Source: Myxococcota bacterium (GTDB taxonomy: Bacteria > Myxococcota_A > UBA9160 > SZUA-336). Taken from it: a stretch of DNA of 64,000 nt. Position 1 is the first letter of the stretch. Each line of letters starts with the position of its first letter. The DNA is taken from assembly GCA_046754285.1 (NCBI GenBank), contig JBHHVJ010000008.1, positions 20,659 to 84,658 of the forward strand, written 5' to 3'. Positions 29,140 to 38,367 of this stretch are shown here, one piece after another. The notes beneath the pieces were generated by a model. The model made no database searches and was not told where the DNA came from. It was given only the letters and a program-made list of their open reading frames with translations. The translations under genes and the position numbers were made by a program.

Positions 29140-30345
29140 TCAGGCTCCGATCCGTGCGACGGCCCGTCCCGCCGCGTCGTACATCGAGACGCTGCGGTCG
29201 CAGTACGGCACGCCGTAGCGCTCCAGGATCTTGAATCCGTCCCGCTCCCAGGATCCGGGAATGCGGAAGATCGCGATCTTCTTGCTCGGATCGCCTCCGC
29301 TCTCGATCACGCCCTTGATCACCCCACGGGCCACGAGATCGACGCGCGTGTTCGAGACCACGTTCATCATCACCGCGACCTTCTGGACGCCGGGCTTGGA
29401 CAGGATCAGCTTCGTCAGCTCGCAGACCTTGCTCACGCTCGGATTGCCGCCGATCTCGCAGTAGTTTGCGGGTCGGCCGCCGTGCTTGCGCACGGCATCG
29501 AAGAGCGTGAGCGAGCCGCCGCCGGCACCGATGATCAACCCGAGGTTGCCATCGAACTCGGTGACGTTTCCGGCCACGCCTCGATGGTCGGCTGCGTTGA
29601 TTGCGGCTCCGCGCAGCTCGAACTCCGTCGGCGGTCGAGGCTGCCGCGTCTCGTCTTCTCCGATGCTGAGCTCGCGGAGGATGTCCTTCTGCTGGCCGCG
29701 CGCCTCGGCCTCCATGTCGACGTGGCCGTCCACGACTACGAAGGAGCCGTCGGCCAGCTTGCCGATCGGATTGATCTCGGCCAGGGTGAGGCCGTAGCGC
29801 TGGAAGATCCTCGCCAAGGTCGCGGCGATCCGGGTCAGGCGCGTCAGGTCCGTAGCGCCGATGCCGAGTGCCGCCACGAGCTCCTTCGCGCGGTGCTCCG
29901 AGAACGGGAGCAACGTCGAGAAATGCCGCTTGCTGATGTGCTCCGGGTGCTGCTCGGCGACCTCCTCGATGTCGATTCCGCCCATGTCCGAAAGGATCAT
30001 CACGGGCTTCTTGGCGATCCCGTCCCAGGTCACGCCCAGGTAGTACTCCTGCGTGATCGGCTGCCGGGCTTCCACCAGGACGCCGCGTGGCTTCTGGCCC
30101 CCGATCTCGAGCGCGAGGATCTTCCGGGCCGCGGCTTCGGCCTCCTCGGGAGTCTCGGCGAAGAGCACCCCCCCGGCCTTCATTCGGCCTCCGCTGAGCA
30201 CCTGCGACTTCAGCACGACGGGTTCGCCGATCTCCCGTGCGATCTCCCGCGCTGCGGGCGCGCTCTCCGCCACGCGAGATCCCGTGGGCAACGGAAGTCC
30301 GTGGCGCGCGAAGAGCTGCTTGGCCTCGCACTCGTAGAAGCGCAT
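29140..30345 (-). CDS. ADP-forming acyl-CoA synthetase beta subunit (SucC-like ATP-grasp, with ACL/citryl-CoA synthetase-type motifs)
   Basis: KSQVLSGGRMKAGG, GGIDIEE, EINP; GAGGGS and ANYCEIGGNP. Confidence 0.85.
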   Translation of the reverse strand: MRFYECEAKQLFARHGLPLPTGSRVAESAPAAREIAREIGEPVVLKSQVLSGGRMKAGGVLFAETPEEAEAAARKILALEIGGQKPRGVLVEARQPITQEYYLGVTWDGIAKKPVMILSDMGGIDIEEVAEQHPEHISKRHFSTLLPFSEHRAKELVAALGIGATDLTRLTRIAATLARIFQRYGLTLAEINPIGKLADGSFVVVDGHVDMEAEARGQQKDILRELSIGEDETRQPRPPTEFELRGAAINAADHRGVAGNVTEFDGNLGLIIGAGGGSLTLFDAVRKHGGRPANYCEIGGNPSVSKVCELTKLILSKPGVQKVAVMMNVVSNTRVDLVARGVIKGVIESGGDPSKKIAIFRIPGSWERDGFKILERYGVPYCDRSVSMYDAAGRAVARIGA

Positions 30346-30347
30346 TC

Positions 30348-31376
30348 TCAGGCGACCCGCTTCATCAGCTCGAGAATGTTGTAGCCGGTGACCTCTTCGC
30401 TCTTGCGGGCCATCTCATTGAGGAACGCGTTGTCGACCTTGCCGGCCTGCACGCCCTTGGCCAGCTCCATCAGCACCCCCTTGATCGTGGCCTCGTCGTG
30501 GAACTTGCCGTACTTGGGGTCGTAGACGGCGCCGCCACCCTGCTCGTGGTAGTAGACGATCGCGTGCTTCGCTTCCTCGATGTCCTCTGCGGTGGGGGAG
30601 AAGACCTCGTTGGCGATCTCTGCCTGCTGCGGGTGGATCACCCACGTTCCGTCCATGCCCAGATCCCGGGAGCTCTCGTTCTTCTCGCGCATCTCTCGCT
30701 GGATCTCGGCGATCCGGTCCTCGGGCATGTCGCCACGCCAGAGCTTGAGCCAGGCGTTGTCGATCGCGTGCAGGCCACAGGCCTTGGCGGCCACGACCGT
30801 CGCCTGCTTGGCGTAGTGGAAGTTATGATTCTGGTTTCGGACGTTCTCCTTGACGCCCATGGCCGAGGCGAAATCGGCGATCCCGAAGATCAGGCCGGCC
30901 ATGCGCTCCGATGCACGCGCGATCGCGTAGGCGTTCACGATGGCGATGGGGGTCTCGATCAAGGCCTCGATCCGCACGGTCGTCGTCCACCCCGCCTGCT
31001 TCTCGTATCCGTCGAGCAAGCGCGAGAGGTGCACGATGTCCTCGGGCTCGTTCGTCTTGGGCAGGATGATTCCGTGGAAGCGATCCACGGCTCCCGTCAT
31101 GATCGCGTCGAGATCACCGAGAAAGTACTTGGACTTGATGTTGTTCGGACGGATCACCACGACCCGGTCGCCGAAGTCGATCGTATTGAGCGCCTCGACC
31201 ATCACCTTGCGTGAGGGCTCGCCCTTGAACTCGTAGGGGCAGGCATCCTCGAAGTCGGCCATCACGTGGTCGACGGGTGCGCGGGCGGCCTTCTTGTGCA
31301 TCTCGATCTTGTGGCAGGGGTAGGTCAGCTCGGTACGTGGAATCACCAGACGGCCGAGCTTCTCCAGGTAGAACAT
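30348..31376 (-). CDS. CoA-ester lyase, HpcH/HpaI aldolase-citrate lyase beta (CitE/Mcl) family
   Basis: ADFEDA, IRPN, ILPK, LIETP, FGIADF, GMDGTWVIHPQQ, FSP, DEA. Confidence 0.9.
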   Translation of the reverse strand: MFYLEKLGRLVIPRTELTYPCHKIEMHKKAARAPVDHVMADFEDACPYEFKGEPSRKVMVEALNTIDFGDRVVVIRPNNIKSKYFLGDLDAIMTGAVDRFHGIILPKTNEPEDIVHLSRLLDGYEKQAGWTTTVRIEALIETPIAIVNAYAIARASERMAGLIFGIADFASAMGVKENVRNQNHNFHYAKQATVVAAKACGLHAIDNAWLKLWRGDMPEDRIAEIQREMREKNESSRDLGMDGTWVIHPQQAEIANEVFSPTAEDIEEAKHAIVYYHEQGGGAVYDPKYGKFHDEATIKGVLMELAKGVQAGKVDNAFLNEMARKSEEVTGYNILELMKRVA

Positions 31377-31559
31377 GGCGCTCTCCTCGTGAGGGGGGAC
31401 ACGGGGGATGACCTCGGATCATCCCAGCACGATCGCCCCCCTTTTTACTGCAAAGCGCGACTCGCAGCAACGCGCGCGGCTCCGCTTCGCTCGTGGCCGT
31501 GGCTGCCCCGGGGAGCGTCTGGTAGGGTTGCTGCGGGCGGGGGAGCAGCCGGAGCATCG

Positions 31560-32858
31560 ATGGGAAAGAGCGAGGTCTTCGCGGACGCCGTGGCCAGGCT
31601 GGAGCGGCTGGGCAAGCAGGCCCGTGTGGCCGAGGAGGTGATCGCCGCCCTTCGCATGCCGGGAGCCGTGATGACGGCTGCGCTGCCCGTTCGTATGGAC
31701 GACGGCTCCACGCAGTATTTCGAGGCCTATCGCTGTCGCTACAACGACGCACTCGGGCCCACGAAGGGAGGAATCCGCTTCCACCCCGAGGTGTCGCTCG
31801 AGGAGGTCCAGGCCCTGGCGCTCTGGATGACGATCAAGTGCGCAGTCGTCGGCCTGCCCTACGGTGGAGCCAAGGGGGGGGTCACCGTGGATCCCAAGCG
31901 TCTGTCCAGGCTCGAGCTCGAGCGTCTGTCGCGGGCGTACGCACGGGCGATGGCACGCTTCCTCGGCCCCGATGTCGACATCCCCGCGCCGGACGTCTAC
32001 ACGAACGCGCGGATCATGGGCTGGATGCTCGATGAGTACGAGGTCATCCATGGGCACAAGGCGCCCGGCGTGATCACGGGCAAGCCGCTGCACCTCGGGG
32101 GCAGCCAGGGACGCGACGAGGCCACCGGTCGCGGGGCGTTCCTGACGATCCAGGAGCTGGCGCGGGTCCGAGGGATCGAGGCGGCCAAGACGCGCGTCGC
32201 GGTGCAGGGCTTCGGGAACGCCGGGTACCGCGTGGCCTCTCTGCTGAGCGAGGCGGGCTACCGGGTTGTGGCGGTGAGCGACTCGAAGGGCGCGATTCTC
32301 TCCGACGAGGGGTTCGACATCGAGAGCCTGCAACAGAACAAGCAGGCGACCCGGCAACTCAAGGGTGTGTACTGTGAGGGCTCCGTCTGCCACGTGATTG
32401 AGCACGAGAAGATCACCAACGAGGAGCTGCTCGAGCTCGACGTCGACATCCTGATCCCGGCCGCCCTGGGGGGCGTGATCGGGCCCTGGAACGTCGACCG
32501 GATCCGCGCCCCCATCATCGTCGAGGTGGCCAACGGCCCCGTGCTCGGCGAGGTCGACGAGGTCCTGCGCGGGCGGGGCAGGCTCGTGGTGCCCGACGTC
32601 CTGGCCAACGCGGGAGGTGTCACGGTGAGCTACTTCGAGTGGGTCCAGAACCGAGGCGGCTACCCCTGGACGCTCGAGAAGGTCCGCGGGCGGCTGGCCG
32701 AGATCCTCGAGCGCGCCTTCGGCGAGGTTTGGAGCCTGGCCCAGTCGGAGGACGTCTCCCTGCGCAGCGCGGCCTACACACTCGCGCTGCGGCGCATCGA
32801 GGCGGCCTTTCGCGCCCACGGCACGCGCGAGTTTTTCCAGGAACACGATCCGGGATAG
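31560..32858 (+). CDS. gdhA: Glu/Leu/Phe/Val dehydrogenase (small glutamate dehydrogenase)
   Basis: GPTKGGIRFHP, MTIKCA, GGAKGG, DIPAPDVYT, VQGFGNAG, EVANGP, NAGGVTVSYFEWVQN. Confidence 0.93.
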   Translation: MGKSEVFADAVARLERLGKQARVAEEVIAALRMPGAVMTAALPVRMDDGSTQYFEAYRCRYNDALGPTKGGIRFHPEVSLEEVQALALWMTIKCAVVGLPYGGAKGGVTVDPKRLSRLELERLSRAYARAMARFLGPDVDIPAPDVYTNARIMGWMLDEYEVIHGHKAPGVITGKPLHLGGSQGRDEATGRGAFLTIQELARVRGIEAAKTRVAVQGFGNAGYRVASLLSEAGYRVVAVSDSKGAILSDEGFDIESLQQNKQATRQLKGVYCEGSVCHVIEHEKITNEELLELDVDILIPAALGGVIGPWNVDRIRAPIIVEVANGPVLGEVDEVLRGRGRLVVPDVLANAGGVTVSYFEWVQNRGGYPWTLEKVRGRLAEILERAFGEVWSLAQSEDVSLRSAAYTLALRRIEAAFRAHGTREFFQEHDPG

Positions 32859-32905
32859 GCGGCGCCGAGGGGCCCCCGCATACGACGTCCCGCTGAGAGG
32901 CCGGG

Positions 32906-33661
32906 CTAGAGATTCCCCTTGTGCTGGCCGCCGTCGACCGCGAGCGTGACCCCGGTGATCCAGCTCGCGCGTCGGGAGGCCAGGTAGACCACGGCATCGG
33001 CCACCTCGTCGTCGCGCCCCAGCCGACCAAAGGGGATGGTGCCTCGCATGGCCTCGTAGTGGGCTGGATTCTCCGTGCGGACACGCTCCCAGATCCCGCC
33101 GGGAAACTCGATCGACCCCGGCGCGACGCAGTTCACGCGGATGCCGCGTGGCGCGAGCTGAATCGCCAGCGTCTTCGCGTGGCTGATCAAGGCCGCCTTG
33201 ACCGCGGCGTAAGCGGGCGGTGAGCCGGCCTCCAGGCCCGATGTGGAGGAGATGTGGATGATCACGCCACCTCCCTGGGCCTCCATCCAGGGGACGACCT
33301 GCCACGACGCTCGCACGCTCGCCATCAGGTCGATCTCGAACCCACGGGCCCAGCCCGCCTCGTCGTCCGAGACTCCGAAGCCCGAGGCGTTGTTCACGAG
33401 CACGTCGAGGCGACCGAGCGCGCGGTGAGCCCCGTCCAGGAACGCGCGGAGCTCCTGGTGTCGTGCGACGTCGCAGCGCTCCGCGTGCACGCGGGCGCCC
33501 CGCTCCCGCAGCTCCGCGGCCGTCTTCCGGAGGGCCGGCTCCCCCCGTGCGCAGATCGCCACCTGTGCGCCTTCGGCCGCGAAGGCCAGCGCGATGGCGC
33601 GCCCGATCCCGCGGCTCCCGCCGGTGATTGCGACTCCGTGGCCGTCGAGCTCCAGCCTCAA
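32906..33661 (-). CDS. Short-chain dehydrogenase/reductase
   Basis: TGGSRGIG, LVNNAS, YAAVK, VNCVAPG, VDGG. Confidence 0.92.
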   Translation of the reverse strand: MRLELDGHGVAITGGSRGIGRAIALAFAAEGAQVAICARGEPALRKTAAELRERGARVHAERCDVARHQELRAFLDGAHRALGRLDVLVNNASGFGVSDDEAGWARGFEIDLMASVRASWQVVPWMEAQGGGVIIHISSTSGLEAGSPPAYAAVKAALISHAKTLAIQLAPRGIRVNCVAPGSIEFPGGIWERVRTENPAHYEAMRGTIPFGRLGRDDEVADAVVYLASRRASWITGVTLAVDGGQHKGNL

Positions 33662-34014
33662 TCGAGAAGGTCCTCACGCAGGGCCTCGAGCGCCGTCAGC
33701 AGCTCCCGTGCGCGCTCGCGAACCACCTGCCAGCCGGGGTCCGCGCGGGTGAAGCCGACCGGGTCCACGCCCTCGGGAATCGGGGGCAGGCGCTCTGCGA
33801 GGGTCCTCAGGAAGCGCTCGATCAGGTCGAGCTCCTCGCGGTTCAGCCACGCCTCGCGGCGAAAGCGCTCGAGCTCACTGGTATCGATCCAGCGCAGACG
33901 ATCAAGGGCCTCGCGGGCGCGCGTGGGGTCGTCCGCCAGACGCTCCTGCTCCTCCGGACGGGCCAGCCGGTTCAGGTCCTCGATCAGCGTGGTCCGGAGC
34001 ATGGCGGGCTTCAC
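33658..34014 (-). CDS. Hypothetical protein
   Basis: Helical ORF coupled to the SDR gene; start uncertain. Confidence 0.6.
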   Translation of the reverse strand: MKPAMLRTTLIEDLNRLARPEEQERLADDPTRAREALDRLRWIDTSELERFRREAWLNREELDLIERFLRTLAERLPPIPEGVDPVGFTRADPGWQVVRERARELLTALEALREDLLD

Positions 34015-34102
34015 GGCGCAGAGTATACGGCGCGCGCCCGAGACCGAGCGACGTCCGGGGGACCGCGGACGGCTCCCGGACGCCGGGCCGTCTCAGGCCC
34101 GC

Positions 34103-34372
34103 CTACTCGGGCGAGTCCCCCGCCTCCTCGCCGGTCTTCTTGTCGGCCTTCGGATCGCCTTCCGGCGTCGCCTCGTCGGTGGCCTCCTCGCTCTCCTCCT
34201 CGGGCGCCGGAGCGGCGACGTCCGGATTGTCGGACTCGGCCGCGCCCGCCTGCTCACCGCTCGACTCGTCTTCCGCGGCGCTCGCGACGGCCGCCGACAG
34301 ACTCGCCTGGAGGACCAGGCCCCCCATCGCGAGCAGACCCAGCATCACGAAGGTGATCAGTTGCCTGGACAT
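34103..34372 (-). CDS. Small exported acidic low-complexity protein
   Basis: MSRQLITFVMLGLLAMGG signal peptide followed by an E/D/A/P-rich tail; GGAG RBS. Confidence 0.65.
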   Translation of the reverse strand: MSRQLITFVMLGLLAMGGLVLQASLSAAVASAAEDESSGEQAGAAESDNPDVAAPAPEEESEEATDEATPEGDPKADKKTGEEAGDSPE

Positions 34373-34454
34373 AGCTCCCTCCATCTGATTGCTCTTCGGG
34401 GGCACACCCCGTGCCCCCTCGTGAGGGACGCTAGGGATGCGGGGAAACGCGATG

Positions 34455-34470
34455 TGTGACGCCCCTCACG
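34455..34470. promoter_or_regulatory. CRP/FNR-family-like binding site
   Basis: TGTGA-CGCCCC-TCACG, one mismatch to TGTGA-N6-TCACA, in an intergenic region. Confidence 0.45.
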
Positions 34471-34516
34471 TTATCGTCGGGGCCCGAACGGGGGCCTCCC
34501 GCCCCACCCGCCGGGC

Positions 34517-35011
34517 TCAGGAGGAGGACGGGGGGCCGCTCTCGAGCAGCTTCTCGAGGGCCGGCCACTGGATCGCACTCTGGGCGGCAAAGGCCTCCAG
34601 GAGCAGGCGGCGCCGCGCCGGTTCGTCTCCGTCCAAGAACTCCCCGACCGCCTTGCGCAGCTTCCGCGTGGCCGGGCAGTCGGGGTGGTCCTCGAGCAGC
34701 CGCCCCTCCTCGTGCTCCACGCCGAGCTTGTCCAGGAGCTCGTGCAGCAGCTTGGGGTGTTGATCGAGGAAGTAGGAGGCGAGCACTTCCTCGGCGGTGG
34801 CCGCACTGGTCGGCCGCGACAGGACCTTGCGCATCCAGTCTGCCTGCCGGGTGCGGGGCTGAGCGCGAAGGAAGCGGGGCCTGAGCTTGAAGGCCTCGGC
34901 GATGGCGGTCTGGACGAGCGTGGCCGTGGCCGGGCTCCCCGAGCTCAGCTCGCCAAGCAGCCTCTCCGCCTGCTCGGGGCTCATTCGTGCAAAGACTTCG
35001 TGGGAGCGCAT
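34517..35011 (-). CDS. Hypothetical protein
   Basis: 164-aa ORF with protein-like composition (LLDKLGVEHEEG). Confidence 0.65.
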   Translation of the reverse strand: MRSHEVFARMSPEQAERLLGELSSGSPATATLVQTAIAEAFKLRPRFLRAQPRTRQADWMRKVLSRPTSAATAEEVLASYFLDQHPKLLHELLDKLGVEHEEGRLLEDHPDCPATRKLRKAVGEFLDGDEPARRRLLLEAFAAQSAIQWPALEKLLESGPPSSS

Positions 35012-35083
35012 GGGGGGACAATAGCGTGCTCGTGGGGATTCGTGCCGACGGCCTCGCCACCCGGTGGCGGCCCTGCACCGCGG

Positions 35084-35111
35084 TCAATTCGCGACGCTGC
35101 GTTGCCGATGA
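35084..35111 (+). promoter_or_regulatory. Putative sigma28-type promoter of the Hpt-DGC operon
   Basis: TCAA-N16-GCCGATGA. Confidence 0.65.
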
Positions 35112-35148
35112 AAGAGCTGCGGGGCCGTACCCGGGGGAGAGATGTGCG

Positions 35149-35460
35149 ATGGAGCCGATTCGCAGCGAGTACGAAGACGATCCGGACATGCTCGATATCG
35201 TTCAGGAGTTCGCCGCTGAGCTCCCCGAGCGGGCCGCTGCGCTCGAGGCGTGCCTCGGTGGCGGGGATCTCGCAACCCTTCAGACCCTGGCGCACCAGCT
35301 CAAGGGCGCCGGCGGGGGGTACGGCTTCCCGCAGATCACCGGAGCGGCCGCCCAGCTCGAGTCGGCTCTGAAAGCCGGGGCCCAAGCGACGGAGCTGAAG
35401 AAAGATCTCGACGCGCTCTGCGAGGTGCTGCGTGCCGTCAGGGTCACGGAGGCGCGTTGA
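35149..35460 (+). CDS. Hpt (histidine phosphotransfer) domain protein
   Basis: MEPIRSEY...LAHQLKGAGGGYGF. Confidence 0.88.
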   Translation: MEPIRSEYEDDPDMLDIVQEFAAELPERAAALEACLGGGDLATLQTLAHQLKGAGGGYGFPQITGAAAQLESALKAGAQATELKKDLDALCEVLRAVRVTEAR

Positions 35461-36425
35461 ACCCCGAGCTTCCAAATCCGAACCGCGTGCTCGTGATCGA
35501 CGACGAGGAGTCGATTCACCGGCTCGTGGTCGCTCGCCTGCGCAGCGAGGGCATCGAGGTCACCGGCGAGCTGGATGGGGAGCGCGGCATCGAGCGCGCG
35601 CTCCAGGACACCCCCGATCTCATCCTGCTCGACGTCGGCCTGCCCGAGATGGACGGCTTCGAGGTCTGCCGGAAGCTCAAGGCGCACCCCACGACGCGCA
35701 ACATCCCGGTTGTCTTCCTCACGGGCGAAGCGGCCACCGATGCCAAGGTGCGGGGTCTGGATCTCGGTGCCGTGGACTACGTGACCAAGCCTTTCGATCA
35801 AATCGAGCTTCGCGCGCGCGTGCGGGCGGCCCTGCGCACGAAACGACTCCAGGACATTCTCGAGCAGCAGTCGTTCCTCGACGGTCTGACCGGGCTGTGG
35901 AATCGGCCCTACCTGGATCGCCGCCTCGAGTCCGAGCTGAACGTGGCTCTCCGCTACGGCCGACCGCTGAGCCTCGTGATGGTCGATCTGGACCAGTTCA
36001 AGGAGATCAACGACACGCACGGTCACCTCTTCGGAGACGTGGTGCTCCAGGGTGTGGCCGAAGCGTTGCGAACCTACGCACGCAGCTCGGACATCGTCGC
36101 GCGCTACGGCGGGGAAGAGTTCGCCGTGCTGCTGACCGACACCGGCCTCAAGGCCGGTGCCTTCGTCGCCGAGCGGCTGCGGGCCTCGGTGGAGACCAAG
36201 CGCTTCGAGACTCACGGGCAGCCGGTGACGGTCACCGCGAGCTTCGGCCTGGCGTGCAGCGACGAGGTGAACGGGCCGCTCACACCGGAGACGCTCGTGG
36301 GGGCGGCCGATCGCGCGCTCTACGCGTCGAAGGACGCCGGGCGCAACTACGTTCACCTGCTCAAGCGAAGCGAGACGATTGCGATCCCGCGCGGCGATCC
36401 CGCGCTACCCCCCACGCGGAAGTAG
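35457..36425 (+). CDS. Response regulator diguanylate cyclase (receiver + GGDEF)
   Basis: VLVIDDE, LILLDVGLP, YVTKPF; DGLTGLWN, RSSD I-site, RYGGEEF; TTG start overlaps the Hpt stop. Confidence 0.92.
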   Translation: MNPELPNPNRVLVIDDEESIHRLVVARLRSEGIEVTGELDGERGIERALQDTPDLILLDVGLPEMDGFEVCRKLKAHPTTRNIPVVFLTGEAATDAKVRGLDLGAVDYVTKPFDQIELRARVRAALRTKRLQDILEQQSFLDGLTGLWNRPYLDRRLESELNVALRYGRPLSLVMVDLDQFKEINDTHGHLFGDVVLQGVAEALRTYARSSDIVARYGGEEFAVLLTDTGLKAGAFVAERLRASVETKRFETHGQPVTVTASFGLACSDEVNGPLTPETLVGAADRALYASKDAGRNYVHLLKRSETIAIPRGDPALPPTRK

Positions 36426-36628
36426 CGCGCGATCATCCACGTTCCCGGCCAGCGGCCTCGAGCGTGGGGCGGAGGTGGGGTGGTAGGGTAGAGGCGAGCT
36501 CCGGCTTCCCTTCCGTCCCGAGCCGTGCCCCTCGCCCGGCGGCCACGGGGCGGGCTCGGCGCTCCCGGCCTTGTCCTCGCGGCCGGTCGCGCTGGAAGGC
36601 CTGAGGCCCCCGAGGACGAGGAGCCAGC

Positions 36629-37015
36629 ATGGGAATCTCGGTCCACGCCCACCACATGTCGTTTCCGGTCAGGGATCTCGAGCAATCGCGCGAGTTCTAT
36701 GAGGGGGTTCTGGGGCTCCGGACCATTCCACGCCCCGATCTCGGCGCCCTCGGCGGTGTGTGGTACGCCGCCGGGCCCTGCGAGGTGCACCTGATCGAGC
36801 TCCCTCCGGGTGTGCAGGTTGGTGCGCCTCCACCGGCGCTTACCCCGCTCGCGCGCCATGCAGCGTTCGCCATCCCCGACTACGACGAGGCCCTCGCGGT
36901 GCTGCGTGCTCGGGGCCTGGAGATCCTCGAGAGCCGCGCGGGTGGGCAGATGTGGGTGCAGGACCCCGATGGCCACGTCATCGAGCTGATCGTGCCACGT
37001 GCGCGCGCGGGCTGA
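36629..37015 (+). CDS. VOC/glyoxalase family protein
   Basis: HHMSFPVRDLEQSREFY, HAAFAI, DPDGHVIEL. Confidence 0.88.
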   Translation: MGISVHAHHMSFPVRDLEQSREFYEGVLGLRTIPRPDLGALGGVWYAAGPCEVHLIELPPGVQVGAPPPALTPLARHAAFAIPDYDEALAVLRARGLEILESRAGGQMWVQDPDGHVIELIVPRARAG

Positions 37016-37035
37016 GGCCCCCGCGAAGGGACGGG

Positions 37036-37395
37036 CTACGTGCTCGACTTGAGCGCCCGGTGGATGCTGGCCTTGAGGACCTTGCGTGTGCGGGCGTCCA
37101 TCGCGAGAAAGGTCACGCCGAACCCCCGCTCGGTCTCGCGCACCACGCTGCCTCGGATTCGGAGTGGCAAGGTGTCCGGCTGGAGCGAAAAGCTCAGACT
37201 CACCTCGCTGCCCACCGGCAGCCGGGGATCGGCATCGTCGATCAGGGCCCCGCTGGCCGAGATGTTTCGCACCACGCCCTGCCCCTTGAGCAATCGCTCC
37301 TCGTACTGCGTCTCGAAGTGCACCTCGACCCGAGGAGCCTTGCGTTGATCGGCTCCCTCCTCGGGGATGACGTCGGCGGCCTTGGTGTCGCTCAC
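37036..37395 (-). CDS. Stand-alone PilZ domain protein
   Basis: QRKAPR (RxxxR), NISASG, GSVVR...GFGVTF. Confidence 0.88.
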   Translation of the reverse strand: MSDTKAADVIPEEGADQRKAPRVEVHFETQYEERLLKGQGVVRNISASGALIDDADPRLPVGSEVSLSFSLQPDTLPLRIRGSVVRETERGFGVTFLAMDARTRKVLKASIHRALKSST

Positions 37396-37416
37396 ATGGA
37401 GTTCCAGGCTGCCTCC

Positions 37417-37444
37417 TGATCGGAGGTGTGGGGTGCCTCCTTGA
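37417..37444 (-). promoter_or_regulatory. Putative sigma28-type promoter of the PilZ gene
   Basis: Minus strand TCAA-N16-TCCGATCA. Confidence 0.6.
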
Positions 37445-37458
37445 GCCGGACGCGGGGC

Positions 37459-38337
37459 TCAGGCGCGCCCTGCGTTCTCCCGCAGGTGCTGGAGCACCCG
37501 CCGCGTGGCGGGCGACCGATTGAGCGTGTAGAAGTGGATGCCCGGCGCGCCACCCGCGAGCAGCTCGCGACACTGGCGCCGCGCGTACTCGACCCCGATG
37601 TCCTCGACCGCTCGTGGCTCGTCCTGCACGCGCTCGAGGGGCTCGAGCAGCTCGGGTGGGATCCGTGAGCCGTTCATCGCGGCCATCCGCTGGATGCCGC
37701 GGAAGCTCGTGACCGGCATGATCCCCGGCACGATCGGTACCTCGATGCCGATCGCGCGGGCGCGTTCGACCAGCGCAAAGTAGTCCTTGTTGCAGAAGAA
37801 GAGCTGGGTGATCAGGAACTCGCAGCCCGCTTCCACCTTGCGTTTGAGGTGGAGCAGGTCGGTCTCGAGATCCGGAGCCTCGGGGTGCTTCTCGGGATGG
37901 GCGGCCCCGCCCACCGCGAACGCGAAGCGCTTGCGTACGAAGGCCACGAGATCGGCCGCATGCGGGAGCCACTCCTCACGGGGCACGCTGCTCTGCGACG
38001 CCTCCGGCGGGTCGCCCCGCAGGGCCAGGATGTTCTCGAGGCCTTGAGACGCGAGGGTCTCGAGCACCGTGGTCAGCTCCTCGCGCGTGGCATCGACACA
38101 GGTCAGGTGGGCCATGGCCTCGAGCCCCAGCTCACGCCGGATGCGACAGACGATCTCCACCGTGAGGTGGCGGCGGGAGCGATCCAGCGGGTAGGTCACG
38201 GAGACGAAGTCGGGACCGAGCCGGCGAAGCTCGTCGAGCGTTTGCAACAAGGCGCGGATGCCGTTCTCACCCTTGGGAGGAAAGAACTCGAAGGAGAACA
38301 CGGGCGCGCCTGCCTCGTAGAGCTCCGGAATCCGCAT
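37459..38337 (-). CDS. metF: 5,10-methylenetetrahydrofolate reductase
   Basis: FSFEFFPPK, FVSVTY, AHLTC, LALRGDPP, HPEKHPE, ITQLFF, HFYTLN. Confidence 0.95.
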   Translation of the reverse strand: MRIPELYEAGAPVFSFEFFPPKGENGIRALLQTLDELRRLGPDFVSVTYPLDRSRRHLTVEIVCRIRRELGLEAMAHLTCVDATREELTTVLETLASQGLENILALRGDPPEASQSSVPREEWLPHAADLVAFVRKRFAFAVGGAAHPEKHPEAPDLETDLLHLKRKVEAGCEFLITQLFFCNKDYFALVERARAIGIEVPIVPGIMPVTSFRGIQRMAAMNGSRIPPELLEPLERVQDEPRAVEDIGVEYARRQCRELLAGGAPGIHFYTLNRSPATRRVLQHLRENAGRA

Positions 38338-38367
38338 CGGTCCTCCCTGGGCCTTCCGATCGCACGC

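Noticed and set aside
28242-30345. Calling the ligase sucC/sucD or mtkA/mtkB
   Set aside because: Diagnostic motifs differ from SucCD/MtkAB, so gene symbols were withheld.
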